Part shown: one piece after another, positions 42,045 to 55,150 of the stretch
How positions within the stretch are numbered: the stretch's first letter is position 1
How the letters are laid out: every line of letters begins with the position of its first letter
Source of the DNA: the human T2T-CHM13v2.0 reference genome, Homo sapiens
Assembly (NCBI RefSeq): GCF_009914755.1
Contig: NC_060941.1
Length of the DNA stretch: 64,000 nucleotides
Direction: 5' to 3' (one strand)
Position numbers and translations under genes: made by a program
Notes under the pieces: model-generated
Told to the model about the DNA's origin: nothing
Database searches by the model: none
The model's input: only the letters and a program-made list of their open reading frames with translations

Positions 42045-43435
42045 ACTATCTGGATTTCAGGTTTTTAATTTTTAGTCTCTCTAATTTTAAAAAGGATTTC
42101 AAGCCACTTATGATGTATAGTATAAATAATATAATATAAAAATAAGTGAAGAAAATTGGGCAAAGATATAATGAGGGGGAAAACAAGGTAAGGTTAAAAA
42201 GATTAATATGTGCAAGGTCCTTTCTCAAAGGTAGTTAGGTTTTTCTTCAATGACTTGTGGATCTATGAATTAAATCATGTGTGGAATTGGATGAGGGACC
42301 ACCAGTTTTTGTGACATCTTAAGTCATGCCTCTGGAGTTTTCAGATGTTCACAACTGGACTGCCCATCTATTTCAGTTATAGAAATCCTAACTTCAGTTA
42401 ATCAGTCCTTCTAAATCCTCGCAGTATCAATCCCTGTATTATTCTTAATACCACACTATCTATGTTGCCTAACCACATCATTTTGTCCCTGCTATTTAAA
42501 GACTTCTGCTTGGCCTCTGTCCCTGAGGTTCGTCTTATTCTTTTTGAAATTAGGGAGACCATTTCAACACCAACATATTTTCCTGACTCCCACATCTGCA
42601 GAGAACACCTACCAAAGAACTCTTCATGGATGCAGATACCCTTATCAATGGCGTATTTCTAAATGCTTTGGTGAAACAAATGTCTTTGTATCACATTTTT
42701 TACATTTTAATATCTCTAAAATTGGATGCCTTATAGTATTTTTAATCAGATGTAGCTTTTAGAATTGAGACATAATTAATATACCATAAATTTCACCCTT
42801 TTAAAGTGTACCATTCAGTGATTTTTAGTATATTCAGAAAGTTGTGCAACCATCACAACTTTCTAATTCCAAAACATTTTCATGACTCCGAAAGAAACTC
42901 TGTACCTGTTAGCAGTTATTCTCCATTCCCACCTCTCTCCAGCTACTGACAACCATGAATCTACTTTCTGTCTGTATGAATTTGCCTATTTTGAACATTT
43001 CATATAGATGTAATCATATTGTATTTTTTTGTGTCTAACTTCTTTTATACAGCATATGCTTTCTTTCTCTTTTTTTCAACTTTTATTTTAGATTCAGGGG
43101 GCACATGTGCAGGCTTGTTACCTGGGCATATTGTGTGATGCTAAGGTTTGGGATATGAATGATCCCATCACCCAGGTACTGAGGATAGTATGCAATAGTT
43201 AGTTTTACAACCCTTTCCCCTTCTCCCCCTCCCCTCCTCTGGTAGTCCCCACTTTCAATTGTTGCCATCTTTCTGTTCATGAGTACCCAATGTTTAGCTC
43301 ACACTTATAAGTGAGAGCATGCAGTATTTGGTTTTCTGTTTCTGTGTTAATGCACTTAGGATAATGGCCTCCAGCTGCATCCATGCTGATAGCATGTGTT
43401 TTCAAAGTTCATTTATATTATAGCATGAATTAGTA

Positions 43436-45037
43436 CAATTGACTCTTGAACAATGTGGGGGTTAGGGGCACCTTCTAGATAATATGGAGTTGGATTTAAA
43501 AGATTGCTTAATGAAAACGAAAGAAAGTCCACATTTCCAAAAGTCCAAGGGTAAGTGGATACTTTTGCTTCAAGAGACTGGCTGGAAAACGAGTGGCTAC
43601 ACTGTCAAAAATTCATGTATAATTTCAGACTCCCCCGAAACTTCATTACTAATAGTCTACTGTTGAGTGGAAGCCTTATCAATAACATAAATGATTGATT
43701 AACACATATCTTTACGGCATATTTATATAATACTGTTTCTTACAATAACACAGCTAGAGAAAAGAAAATATTGTTAATAAAATCATAAGGGAGATAGAAT
43801 ATGTTGACTCTTCATTAAGTGTAAGTGGATCATCATCCTCATCCTCACCATCTTCAAGTTGAGTAGGAAGAGGAGTTGGTTTGCTATCTCAGGAGTGGGA
43901 GAGATGGAAGAGGTGGAGGCAGTGGAAGAGGAGGCAGAAGAGGCAAGGACACTTGGTTTAACTTTATGGAAATACATCATAATTTCTTGTCTGACGTTAT
44001 TGGCTTTTCATTTCTCTAAGAATGTTTCTCTATGATACCAATCTTTCACTGTTTGCTTTAGTTTCAGTGTCCATATCATTGAAGGGTCCATGTCATAATA
44101 TAAGTCAAAGCAGTCATGAATAATTGGAACTCTTCTACCCGATTGTCTAATGTCAATATGTTTCCTTGCATTGCTTCTTCTATGCCTTCTTCCTTACCAT
44201 CTGGCACTGGTTTGGAAGCATTCATCCCTATCAAGTCATCTTCAGTTAATTCCTCTGGTGTGGTGTATATTAACTCTTGAATTTCTCCCAATAGTCATAT
44301 CTTGAAACCTTTCACCCTTCACCATTTTTTTTCTCGCCATTTCCACAATCTCTTTCATGATCTCCTTGTTTAGCTCTGTTATAAATCCTGTGCAGTCATG
44401 CACAACATCTGGACACAGCTTTCTCCAGCAGGAGTTTATTGTTTGGGGCTTGATGTGGCATCCTACTGAAGCCTTTCATGTTCTCTCTGTCAGGGTTTTC
44501 TTCCACAGTGTTGACAATTCTTTCCATAGAGTACCATGTGTAATGAGCCTTTAAAGGCTCTTATGACCCCCTAATGTAGAGGCTGATATCATATTTGGAG
44601 CCAAGTAGACCACTTCAATGCCTTTGGTGTTGAATTCATAGAGTTTGGGTGGCCAGAGGCATTGTCCAATATCAAAAGAACTTTAAAAGGCAGTCTCTTC
44701 CTTGCTTCAGGGACAAAGCATTGATGGAACCAATCTAGAAAAAGAATTCTGGTTTTCTAAATCTTCTTGTTATACAATCAAAAGATGGCAGCAGGAGTTT
44801 ATCTTTTCCCTTCAAGGCTTGAGGGTTAGCAGCTTTATGGATAAGGGCAGTCCTGATTTTAAACCTAACAGCATTTGCACAAAACATTAGAGCTAGCTTA
44901 CCCTTCTTAAATCCTGGTGCTTGCTTCTCTTCCCTACTAATAAATGTCCTTTTTGGCACTATTTTCCAGAATAGGGCACTTTTGTCTGCATTAAAAACTT
45001 GTTCTGGGATACATACTTTCTCCTCAGTGATTTTCTG
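43436..45037 (-). mobile_element. Tigger2 (pogo/TcMar) DNA transposon fragment
   Basis: TA followed by the TIR-like caattgactcttgaacaa. Minus-strand decayed transposase QVFNADKSALFWKIVPKRTFISREEKQAPGFK and EIQELIYTTPEELTEDDL. Confidence 0.85.
43479..43550 (+). pseudogene. Duplicated copy of the 41490-41561 exon (DNMELDLKDCLMKTKESPHFQKSK) inside Tigger2
   Basis: 43470-43589 aligns to 41481-41600 with about 8-10 differences. AG, GT and frame are intact, but the long pyrimidine tract is absent. Confidence 0.85.
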
Positions 45038-45947
45038 GATACATGTATATTCAAATCCTTTGCCCATTTTAAAATCAGGCTTTTTATTGTTGAGTTTTAA
45101 GAGTTATTCATATATTCTGGATACTAGACCTTTATCAGGTAGATAATTGCAAATATTTTTTCACATTTTGTTAGTTGTCTTTTTTCTTTCCTGATGTCCT
45201 TTGAAGCATAAATGATTTTGAATTTGGTAAAGTTCAATTTATATTTTATTTTGTTGCTTCTTTGATGTCATAAAGATAATGCAAACTCCTGAAGGTTTAC
45301 ACCAAAGTTTTCTTCTAGTTTTAGCTCTGTTATTTGAATCCTTAATAAATTAGAGTTAATTTTTGTATGTGGTGTGAGATGACAGTCCATTTTTATCTTT
45401 TTTGTTCCAGATATTCAGTTGTCCTAGCATCAGTTGTTGAAAACATTGTTCTTTCTCCACTGAATGATTTTGGTACCCTTAGAGAAAATCAATTGATCAT
45501 AGATGTATGGGTTTATTTCTGGACTCTCAATTCTATTCCTTTTATATTTATTCTATCCTTATATCAATATCACATACTTTTGATTGCTATAGCTTTGTTT
45601 AAAGTAATAACCTAAACAGTAATTTTTAACCAGAGCAGGGTAACTAGAATTACCCGTAAAGCTGGTTCACCTGGTTCTATCTGTATATGATGAAGTAGCT
45701 TGTATTTTATAGAATAACTATAAAATCTAGTAAAAATTAAGCAACATAAGCAATCACCACAACTGTTTAAGGGCAATGGGCAGTAACCAAGCCTGTCAGG
45801 ATTTGTGGGGCCATAGGATAAACACAAAGAAAACCACATTTAAGAACATGAGAGTAAAATGGCTGAAAACCAACTACAAAGAGAAAATCCTAAAAGCCAC
45901 CAGTGAAAAGTTATACATTATTTTCTAAGGAGCAAAAAAATACTGAT

Positions 45948-46250
45948 GGCTGGGTGTGGTGGCTTATGTCTATAAGCACTTTGGGAGGACATTGGGGGAG
46001 GATCGTTTGAGGCCAGGAATTTGAGACCAGCCTGGGCAACATGGCAAGACCCTGTCCCTACAAAAAATTTAAAAATAAGCCAGGTGTGATGGCACATGAC
46101 TGTAGTCCCAGCTACTCAGGAAGACAGGAGGATCACTTGAGCCCAGGAGTTCAAGGCCACAGTGAGCTGTGATCACGCTGCTGCACTCCAGCCAGTGTGA
46201 CAGAGTGAGATCCCATCTCTAAATAATAATGATGATAATAATAATAAATA
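45948..46250 (+). mobile_element. AluJ
   Basis: Diverged Alu with a (TAA)n tail. Confidence 0.85.
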
Positions 46251-46554
46251 TTTGTAGCTTTCTTTACAAAAGATGTTTACAAAATTATCATTGGAGGAGC
46301 CTAGCTTAGTTCATGAGTCAATAGTTTATTGGTTATTACTGTTCAGGAGTTACAGTGCTGGTGAAATGCACTGTCTTTCAGAATGCTGTGGTCCATCTCT
46401 GATGAATGCCAGAGATAATGGAATAACATTGAATACTAAACTTTTTTAAAAGGCTGTGAACATTGTATTCTATATTAAAGTATGTTTTAAAAATGAAATA
46501 ATATTTTTAAAAAAAACAAAGTTCACTACCAAGAGATCTACATATAAGAAATGT

Positions 46555-48305
46555 CCCCTCTCCCTCTCCCTCTCCCTCTCCCTCTCCCTCCCTCTCCCCA
46601 CGGTCTCCCTCTCCCTCTCTTTCCACGGTCTCCCTCTGATGCCGAGCAGAAGCTGGACTGTACTGCTGCCATCTCGGCTCACTGCAACCTCCCTGCCTGA
46701 TTCTCCTGCCTCAGCCTGCCGAGTGCCTGCAATTGCAGGCGCACGCCGCCACACCTGACTGGTTTTCGTATTTTTTTGGTGGAGACGGGGTTTCGCTGTG
46801 TTGGCCGGGCTGGTCTCCAGCTCCTAACGCGAGTGATCCGCCAGCCTCGGCCTCCCAAGGTGCCGGGGTTGCAGACGGAGTCTGGTTCACTCAGTGCTCA
46901 ATGGTGCCCAGGCTGGAGTGCAGTGGCGTGATCTCGGCTCGCTACAACCTCCACCTCCCAGCCGCCTGCCTTGGCCTCCCAAAGTGCCGAGATTGCAGCC
47001 TCTGCCCAGCCGCCACCCCATCTGGGAAGTGAGGAGCGTCTCTGCCTGGCCGCCCATCATCTGGGACGTGAGGAGCCCCTCTGCCTGGCTGCCCAGTCTG
47101 GAAAGTGAGGAGCATCTCTGCCCGGCCGCCATCCCATCTAGGAAGTGAGGAGCGCCTCTTCCCGGCCGCCATCCCATCTAGGAAGTGAGGAGCGTCTCTG
47201 CCCGGCCGCCCATCGTCTGAGATGTGGGGAGCGCCTCTGCCCCGCCGCCCCATCTGGGATGTGAGGAGCGCCTCTACCCGGCCGCGACCCCGTGTGGGAG
47301 GTGAGGAGCGTCTCTGCCCGGCCGCCCCGTCTGAGAAGTGAGGAGACCCTCCGCCCGGCAGCCGCCCCGTCTGAGAAGTGAGGAGCCCCTCCGCCCGGCA
47401 GCCACCCCGTCTGGGAAGTGAGGAGCGTCTCCGCCTGGCAGCCACCCCATCCGGGAGGGAGGTGGGGGTCAGCCCCCACCAGGCCAGCCACCCCGTCCGG
47501 GAGGGAGTTGGGGGGGTCAGCCCCCCGCCCGGCCAGCCGCCCCGTCTGGGAGGTGAGGGGCGCCTCTGCCCAGCCGCCCCTACTGGGAAGTGAGGAGCCC
47601 CTCTGCCCAGCCAGCCGCCCCGTCCGGGAGGGAGGTGAGGGGGTCAGCCCCCCGTCCGGGAGGGAGGTGGGGGGGGTCAGCCCCCCGCCCGGCCAGCCAC
47701 CCCGCCCGGGAGGTGAGGGGCGCCTCTGCCCGGCCGCGCCTACTGGGAAGTGAGGAGCCCCTCTGCCCGGCCACCACCCCATCTGGGAGGTGTACCCAAC
47801 AGCTCATTGAGAACGGGCCATGATGACAATGGCGGTTTTGTGGAATAGAAAGGGGGGAAAGGTGGGGAAAAGATTGAGAAATCGGATGGTTGCCGTGTCT
47901 GTGTAGAAAGAGGTAGACATGGGAGACTTTTCATTTTGCTCTGTACTAAGAAAAATTCTTATCCTGTTGATCTGTGACCTTACCCCCAACCCTGTGCTCT
48001 CTGAAACATGTGTACTCAGGGTTAAATGGATTAAGGGCGGTGCAAGATGTGCTTTGTTAAACAGATGCTTGAAGGCAGCATGCTCCTTAAGAGTCATCAC
48101 CACTCCCTAATCTCAAGTACCCAGGGACACAAACACTGCGGAAGGCCGCAGTGTCCTCTGCCTAGGAAAACCAGAGACCTTTGTTCACTTGTTTATCTGC
48201 TGACCTTCCCTCCACTATTTTCCTATGACCGTGCCAAATCCCCCTCTGCGAGAAACACCCAAGAATGAGCAATAAAAAAAAAAAGAAAGAAAGAAAAAAA
48301 AAAAA
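46555..48305 (+). mobile_element. SVA retrotransposon (SVA_D-like), sense to the gene
   Basis: (CCCTCT)n, Alu-like domain, VNTR, SINE-R and poly(A). TSD aagaaatgt at 46546-46554 and 48306-48314. Confidence 0.96.
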
Positions 48306-48314
48306 AAGAAATGT

Positions 48315-50052
48315 TACCAATATCAGGAATGAAAAAAGGGACATCACTACAGCATACACAGACATAAAAAAGATACTAAGAGGATCTTATACTTTTATAC
48401 CAATGCATTTGAAAATTTTAATGAAAAGAATAAATTCCTTGAAAAACTCAACTTACCAAAGTAGCTGAAGAATAATTAGAAAATCTGAAGAGTAACTCCA
48501 GGTTCAGACGGCTTCATTGGTAAGTTATTTTAAAATTTAAGAAGGATATAGTATCACTCTTACATAAACTCTTTCAGAGTTTAGAAGCAGGAAGAACATT
48601 TCCAACCTCATTTTATGAGGCCTATGTAATCTTCATATAAAAACCTTACATGGGCACCAAATTATAATTCAGTCCCCATCATGACCACAAATGGGGAAAG
48701 CTTTAATAAAATAGGATCAAATGAAATCTAGTGATATATAAAAAGGAAAGATATATCACAAGTTGAATTCTTTTTAGGAGTGCAATATTGGTATTAATTA
48801 ACAAAAATAAAAATAATTCTTCATATTACAAAATAAAGGAGGAAGAAAAATCATCTTAATAGATGTAGAAAACATATTTGATCAAATTCAACACCTTTTC
48901 ATGTTAAGGGGTACTTACAGAAACCTACAACAATCATGTTTGAAGGAAAATTTTAAATTCTTGCTCACAGAGATTAGGAATGAGACAAGAATGTCTACTA
49001 TCATCACTTCTGTTCAACCGTGTACTGGAAGTCCTAGCCAGTATCACAGGCAAAACAGAATAAGAAAGATAAGGATTAAAAGGGAAGAAATAGAATTTCC
49101 ATTACTCATTGCCAATATAATTAATAGGTAGAAAAAATATGAATCTATACACTGGTTATTATATTATTTTATTTCAGTTAATGAGCAAATTTATCAGAGC
49201 TGCTTGACACATGATCAATTTAATATAATTCTATGTTCAAAAATTGTATTTCTGTATTTTGCCACAAACAATTATAAAATGAAAATAAAGATATGATTTG
49301 CAATGATACAAAAAAGTAAACATTTAGGAGTAACTAGTGAAACAAGTTTATAATTTTTAAACAGAAAACTACAAAACAATTTTGACAAAATTTAAAGAAA
49401 AACCTAAATAAATGGAGAGATATATTATGTTTTGTAGTTTCAATATGCTTTCAGTTCTCACCAATTTGAGCTATATATTCAATGCAATCCCAATCAAAAG
49501 TCTAGCATAATTTTATAGAAACTGACAATCTGATTTTAAATATGAGAATAAATGCAAAGGGCCAAAATAGCCAGGGCAAAGTTGAAGAAGACAAAGTTGT
49601 AAAACTCACGTTACTTTACATCAAGATTTATAACAAAGTTATAAAGTTGCAACAAAGGTACCACTGCAATGGAGCACGGAAAGGATGGCCTTTTAAATAA
49701 ATGATGTTATTTCAACTGAATATTCATTTATTAAAAAGTTAATCTTGGTGCCTTCTTTATAGCATTCACAAAATATGTATCATTTTGCTAAAAATGATAT
49801 TACCAGGACAAATAGCAGAATGTGAATGGGTTTGAGAATTAGATGACATTATTACATTGTATCAATGTAATAATTTCCTAATTTTTATGATTGTATTGTT
49901 ATGTAAGAGAATGTTCTCATTGGAGAAAATACACAATAATATAGTTAATGGTGAAGGGGCATTTTGTTGGCTATTTACATTAAGATATTTCAGATAAAAA
50001 AATTTTGTACTGTACTTGCAATTTTTCTGAGGGTTTGAGATTGTTTAAAAAT
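48315..50052 (+). mobile_element. Decayed L1M ORF2/3' fragments
   Basis: TNIRNEKRDITT and QPCTGSPSQ-like L1 ORF2 remnants. Confidence 0.65.
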
Positions 50053-50061
50053 AAAAAAGTT

Positions 50062-51000
50062 GAGGGGGCGTGTTCCCGTCGGCTGCGCCCGCGGCCCGGG
50101 GCGGAGTTGGCCACCGCGCCTGGCTGCGGGCGGCCGGGCGAACGGGCTCGGCGCGCAGGTGGCTCCTCCTTCGCTTCTCCCGATCCCCGGCCGTGCCAGG
50201 CACGGTGCCGGCTGCCGAGGGAACGCCTTTGTGCCCGGTCCTGGGAACCCGCGACGGCCGCCGCGCGCCCCGGTCCATTGTTTCGCTTCTCTGGGTTCCA
50301 GGTAGGTGCGGGCGGCGCGCGGGGTCCGCACGACGTGTCACCCCGGCGGTTGGGGCGCCGGGACCCGCGGGCGCCGGCAGGGGCGTTCCCGGGCGCACGG
50401 CGGCGGTGCAGCACCTGAAGCGGTGGTGGTCGGCCAGCGGCGGCCTCCTGCACCTCACCCTCCTGCACCTTACCCTCCTGCTGAGCTTTGCTGGGCTCCG
50501 TGTAGACCTAGACCTTTACCTGCTACTGCCGCCGCCCACCCTGCTCCGGGACGAGCTGCTGTTCCTGGGCGGCCCGGCCAGCTCCGTCTACGCGCTCAGC
50601 CCCTTCTCGGCCTCGGGAGGGAGGGGGCGCGCGGGCCAGTTGCACCCCAAGGGCCGGGAGCTGGACTCTGCCGCGCCGCCCGAGGGCCCGCTGCTCCGGG
50701 AGGTGCGCGCTCGGGGTCCCCTTCATCCCTCTCACCCCGGTGGATGCGTGGCTGGTGCACAGCGTGGCTGCCAGGAGAGCGGACGAGGCCCACGGGCTGC
50801 TCGGCGCCGCCGCCGCCTAGTCCACCGGAGGAGCCGGCGCCAGCGTGGACGGCGGCAGCCAGGCTGTGCAGGGGGGCTGCGGGGACTCCCGAGCGGCTCG
50901 GAGTGGCCCCTTGGACGCCGGGGAAGAGGAGAAGGCACCCGCGGAACCGACGGCTCAGGTGCCGGACGCTGGCGGATGTGCGAGCGGGGAGAACGAGGTA
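50062..51000. promoter_or_regulatory. CpG-island-like GC-rich segment imported with the pseudogene 5' end
   Basis: Dense CpG/GC content within an AT-rich intron. Activity is not shown by the sequence. Confidence 0.5.
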
Positions 51001-51501
51001 CTAAGAGAAAAGCACGAAGCTGTGGATCATAGTTCCCAGCGTGAGGAAAATGAAGAAAGGGTGTCAGCCCAGAAGGAGAACTCACTTCAGCAGAATAATG
51101 ATGATGAAAACAAAATAGCAGAGGAACCTGATTGGGAGGCAGAAAAGACCACTGAATCTAGAAATGAGAGACATCTGAATGGGACAGATACTTATTTCTC
51201 TCTGGAAGACTTATTCCAGTTGCTTTCATCACAGCCTGAAAATTCACGGAGGGCATCTCATTGGGAGATATTCCTCTTCCAGGCAGTATCAGTGATGGCA
51301 TGAATTCTTCAGCACATTATCACGTAAACTTCAGCCAGGCTATAAGTCATGATGTGAATCTTCATGAGGCCATCTTGCTTTGTCCCAACAGTACATTTAG
51401 AAGAGATCCAATAGCAAGGACTTCACAGTCACAAGAACCGTTTCTAAAGTTAAATTCTCATACCACCAATCCTGAGCAAACCCTTCCTGGAACTAATTTG
51501 A

Positions 51502-51836
<335 letters not shown>

Positions 51837-54800
51837 CTCCGGTTGACAATCTTATGAGGAATCTAACAAGCCAAGACCTACTGTATGACCTTGATGTAAA
51901 TATATTTGATGAGATAATGTCATTGGCCACAGAAGACGACTTTGATCCAATCGATGTTTCTCAGCTTTTTGATGAATCAGATTCTGATTCTGACCTGTCT
52001 TTAGATTCAAGTCACAATAGTACCTCTGTCATCAAGTCTAATTCCTCTCACTCTGTGTGTGATGAAGGTGCTATAGGTTATTGTACTGACCATGAATCTA
52101 GTTCCCATCATGACTTAGAAGGTGCTGTAGGCAGCTACTACCCAGAACCCAGTAAGCTTTGTCACTTGGATCAAAGTGATTCTGGTTTCCATGGGGATCT
52201 TACATTTCAACACATATTTCATAACCACACTTACCACTTGCAGCCAAGTGCACCAGAATCTACTTCTGAACCTTTTTCGTGGCCTGGGAAGTCACAGAAG
52301 ATAAGGAGTAGGTACCTTGAAGACACAGATAGAAACTTGAACGTGATGAACGGCGTGCTAAAGCTTTGCATATCCCTTTTTTCTGTAGATGAAATTGTCG
52401 GCATGCCTGTTGATTCAATAGCATGTTAAGTAGGTACTATCTGACAGACCTACAAGTCTCACTTATCCGTGATATCAGACGAAGAGGGAAAAATAAAGTT
52501 GCTGCGCAGAACTATCGTAAACGCAAATTGGACATAATTTTGAATTTAGAAGATGATGTATGTAACTTGCAAGCAAAGAAGGAAACTCTTAAGAGAGAGC
52601 GAGCACAATGTATCAAAGCTATTAACATAATGAAACAAACTGCATGACCTTTATCATGATATTTTTAGTAGATTAAGAGATGACCAAGGTAGGCCAGTCA
52701 ATCCAAACCACTATGCTCTTCAGTGTACCCATGATGGAAGTATCTTGATAGTACCCAAAGAACTGGTAGCCTCAGGCCAGAAAAAGGAAACCCAAAAGGG
52801 AAAGAGAAAGTGAGAAGAAACTGAAGATGGACTCTATTACGTGAAGTAGTAATGTTCAGAAACTGATTATTTGGATCACAAACCATTGAAACTGCTTCAA
52901 AAATTATATCTTTAAGTACTGCTACTTGAATAACTCAGTTAAGGCTCTGTTTTGAAGCTTACATGGACAAATGTTTAGGACTTCAAGATCACACTTGTGG
53001 GAAATCTGGGGGAGCCATAACTTTTCATGAAATGCATTGTATACAAAATTCATAGTTATGTCCAAAGAATAGGTTAACATGAAAACCCAATAAGACTTTC
53101 CATCTTGGCAGCCATCCTTTTTAAGAGTAAGTCGGTTACTTCAAAAAGAGCAAACACTGGGGATCAAATTGTTTTAAGAGGTATTTCAGTTTTAAATGCA
53201 AAATAGCCTTATTTTCATTTAGTTTGTTAGCACTATAGTGAGCTTTTCAAATACTATTTTAATCTTTATATTTAACTTATAAATTTTGCTTTCTATGGAA
53301 ATAAATTTTGTATTTGTATTAAAAATAAACTTCCCTTTTATACAGAAAAAAAGAAAAAAGTTAAAGAATTTTTTTAAAAGGGTTGCCAATTGGCGATGCA
53401 TATATGGAAAATAACATTGTAGTTAAATTTTAGGTACCTGGATTTTGTTAGGTAATTTCACTTCTTTGGATTTTAGATTCGTTTTCCACATGAGTGGTTT
53501 GGTCTCAAAAGTCTCTAAGTTCAGTGATGTAAATTGAATTTTTTGCCTTAAATATTTCACATTTTAAAAAGTTGTATAGTTTACTATCATAAGAATTTAA
53601 TGGATAAATAACCTTATTATATAATGTGGATTACTATAGAAATTACTGGCCCTGGAAAATTAGATAGATTCTCTTATTCTCAGTTTTCTTTTCCTCAAAA
53701 TAAGGATAGTAATGCCTATATCATATGATAGTTGTAAGAATTAAGTGAGAGCATTTCCCTGTAGTAGCTACTGATTAAAAAGTTACAAAGTCAAGAGATG
53801 CAAAATGTAAATACATCACGTTTTTATTAAATTGATAGACTGCCTTTTCCAAAATACAGTGCTGTAAATTGAATTTTATGCCTCCTATATATTACATTTT
53901 GAAAAATTGAGTAGGTTCAGAATTAGAAGACAATTGGCAAATAACTTTGTTATATGGCATAGGTTACCATAGTAATTACTGTCTGGGTGATACTGGAAAA
54001 ATAATTTAAGTTTTCTTATTATCCTTTTCTTCTTTAGAATATCAGTGGAATTTGAAACACATTTTGCTTTTATATCCAGGCATTGGAATCCTTTTCATTC
54101 AAATGGCATAGTTGGGTCCATTTTGTGTGCTAGCTTCTTTAGGATCCAATCTTCATAGCGTTAATTCCTTTTTTTAAAGAAGAGAACCTTAATGCTCCAA
54201 AGGATATAAGGCTAATAATGCTTCTATAGAAGTTGTAAGAATTGAGACCATGCCTCTGTATTAGGTAGATTACAAAGTTATAGACTCAAGTGTGTGAAAA
54301 TGTAATTATATCACAGGTTTTGGTTAAATCAGTAGTCAGTGTTTAATTAGTAGTATTATGACTATCCAAATTAGCTCATTGATGAGTCAGTAGTCATCCC
54401 ATTACCTCCATGCCTCTTTGCATGTGCAATCTCTCCCTTCCCCTTTCTTCTGGAGTTAACAATTATCTTTTTAAAAAACATATGTTTTCCTATAGACCTA
54501 TTACTTTTTCCCATGTTTCAGACAAAAAATTTTTGTACGGTACTTGCAACTTTTCTGAGAGTTTGAGTTTGTTTAGAAATAAAAAAAATGTTTAAAAGCT
54601 TTAAAAAAGGGTTGCAAATTGGTGGTGTGTGTATATGAAAAACAACATTGTAGTCATATTTTAGGTACCTGAATTTTTTTTTTCCTACTGACCGGTTGTA
54701 TGATGTTGCATAGGTAATTTCACTTCTTGGACTTTAAACATTTCTGACACAGTCATGTTTGAAATGTTAGTCAAACATTGACTATGATTTTTGAAATCAT

Positions 54801-55150
54801 AATAAAAAATGTTTGAATATTAACATTTTCAAAACACTCAAACACAGTTTTATGTACTTTAGATGTTCTGATTTGGATTGTTTCTCCCCTACACCCGCTA
54901 AACAGCTGTCATCCCAGGATTTCTCTTTAGTAGTGTTCTATGGCTCACATGTTTACTGAATCCCTGTCATGATTTACTCTTTATTTTACTGAAGCACATT
55001 TTGCATTAGGTTCCAAAGTAAAACAGCATGGGAGATATAATTTTTGAGTCTTTGAATGCTTCCCAATATCCATATTTTACCTTTATTGTCTTTGATTATT
55101 TGGCCAGGTATTAAATGGTAAGTCTCTAACATAGTGCTTATCATGTTATC

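Noticed and set aside
44076-45067. Possible domesticated TIGD-like transposase gene
   Set aside because: Broken into short frames by stops and frameshifts, and truncated. An ordinary Tigger2 fossil.
50070-51032. 320-aa ORF and overlapping long ORFs on both strands
   Set aside because: GC-rich NFE2L3 pseudogene 5'UTR/exon-1 sequence is poor in stop codons. The true start is mutated and the frame shifts near 50711.
54038-54112. Candidate extra exon after ttcttctttag
   Set aside because: The phase-1 frame hits TAG, there is no good donor and no EF-hand similarity.
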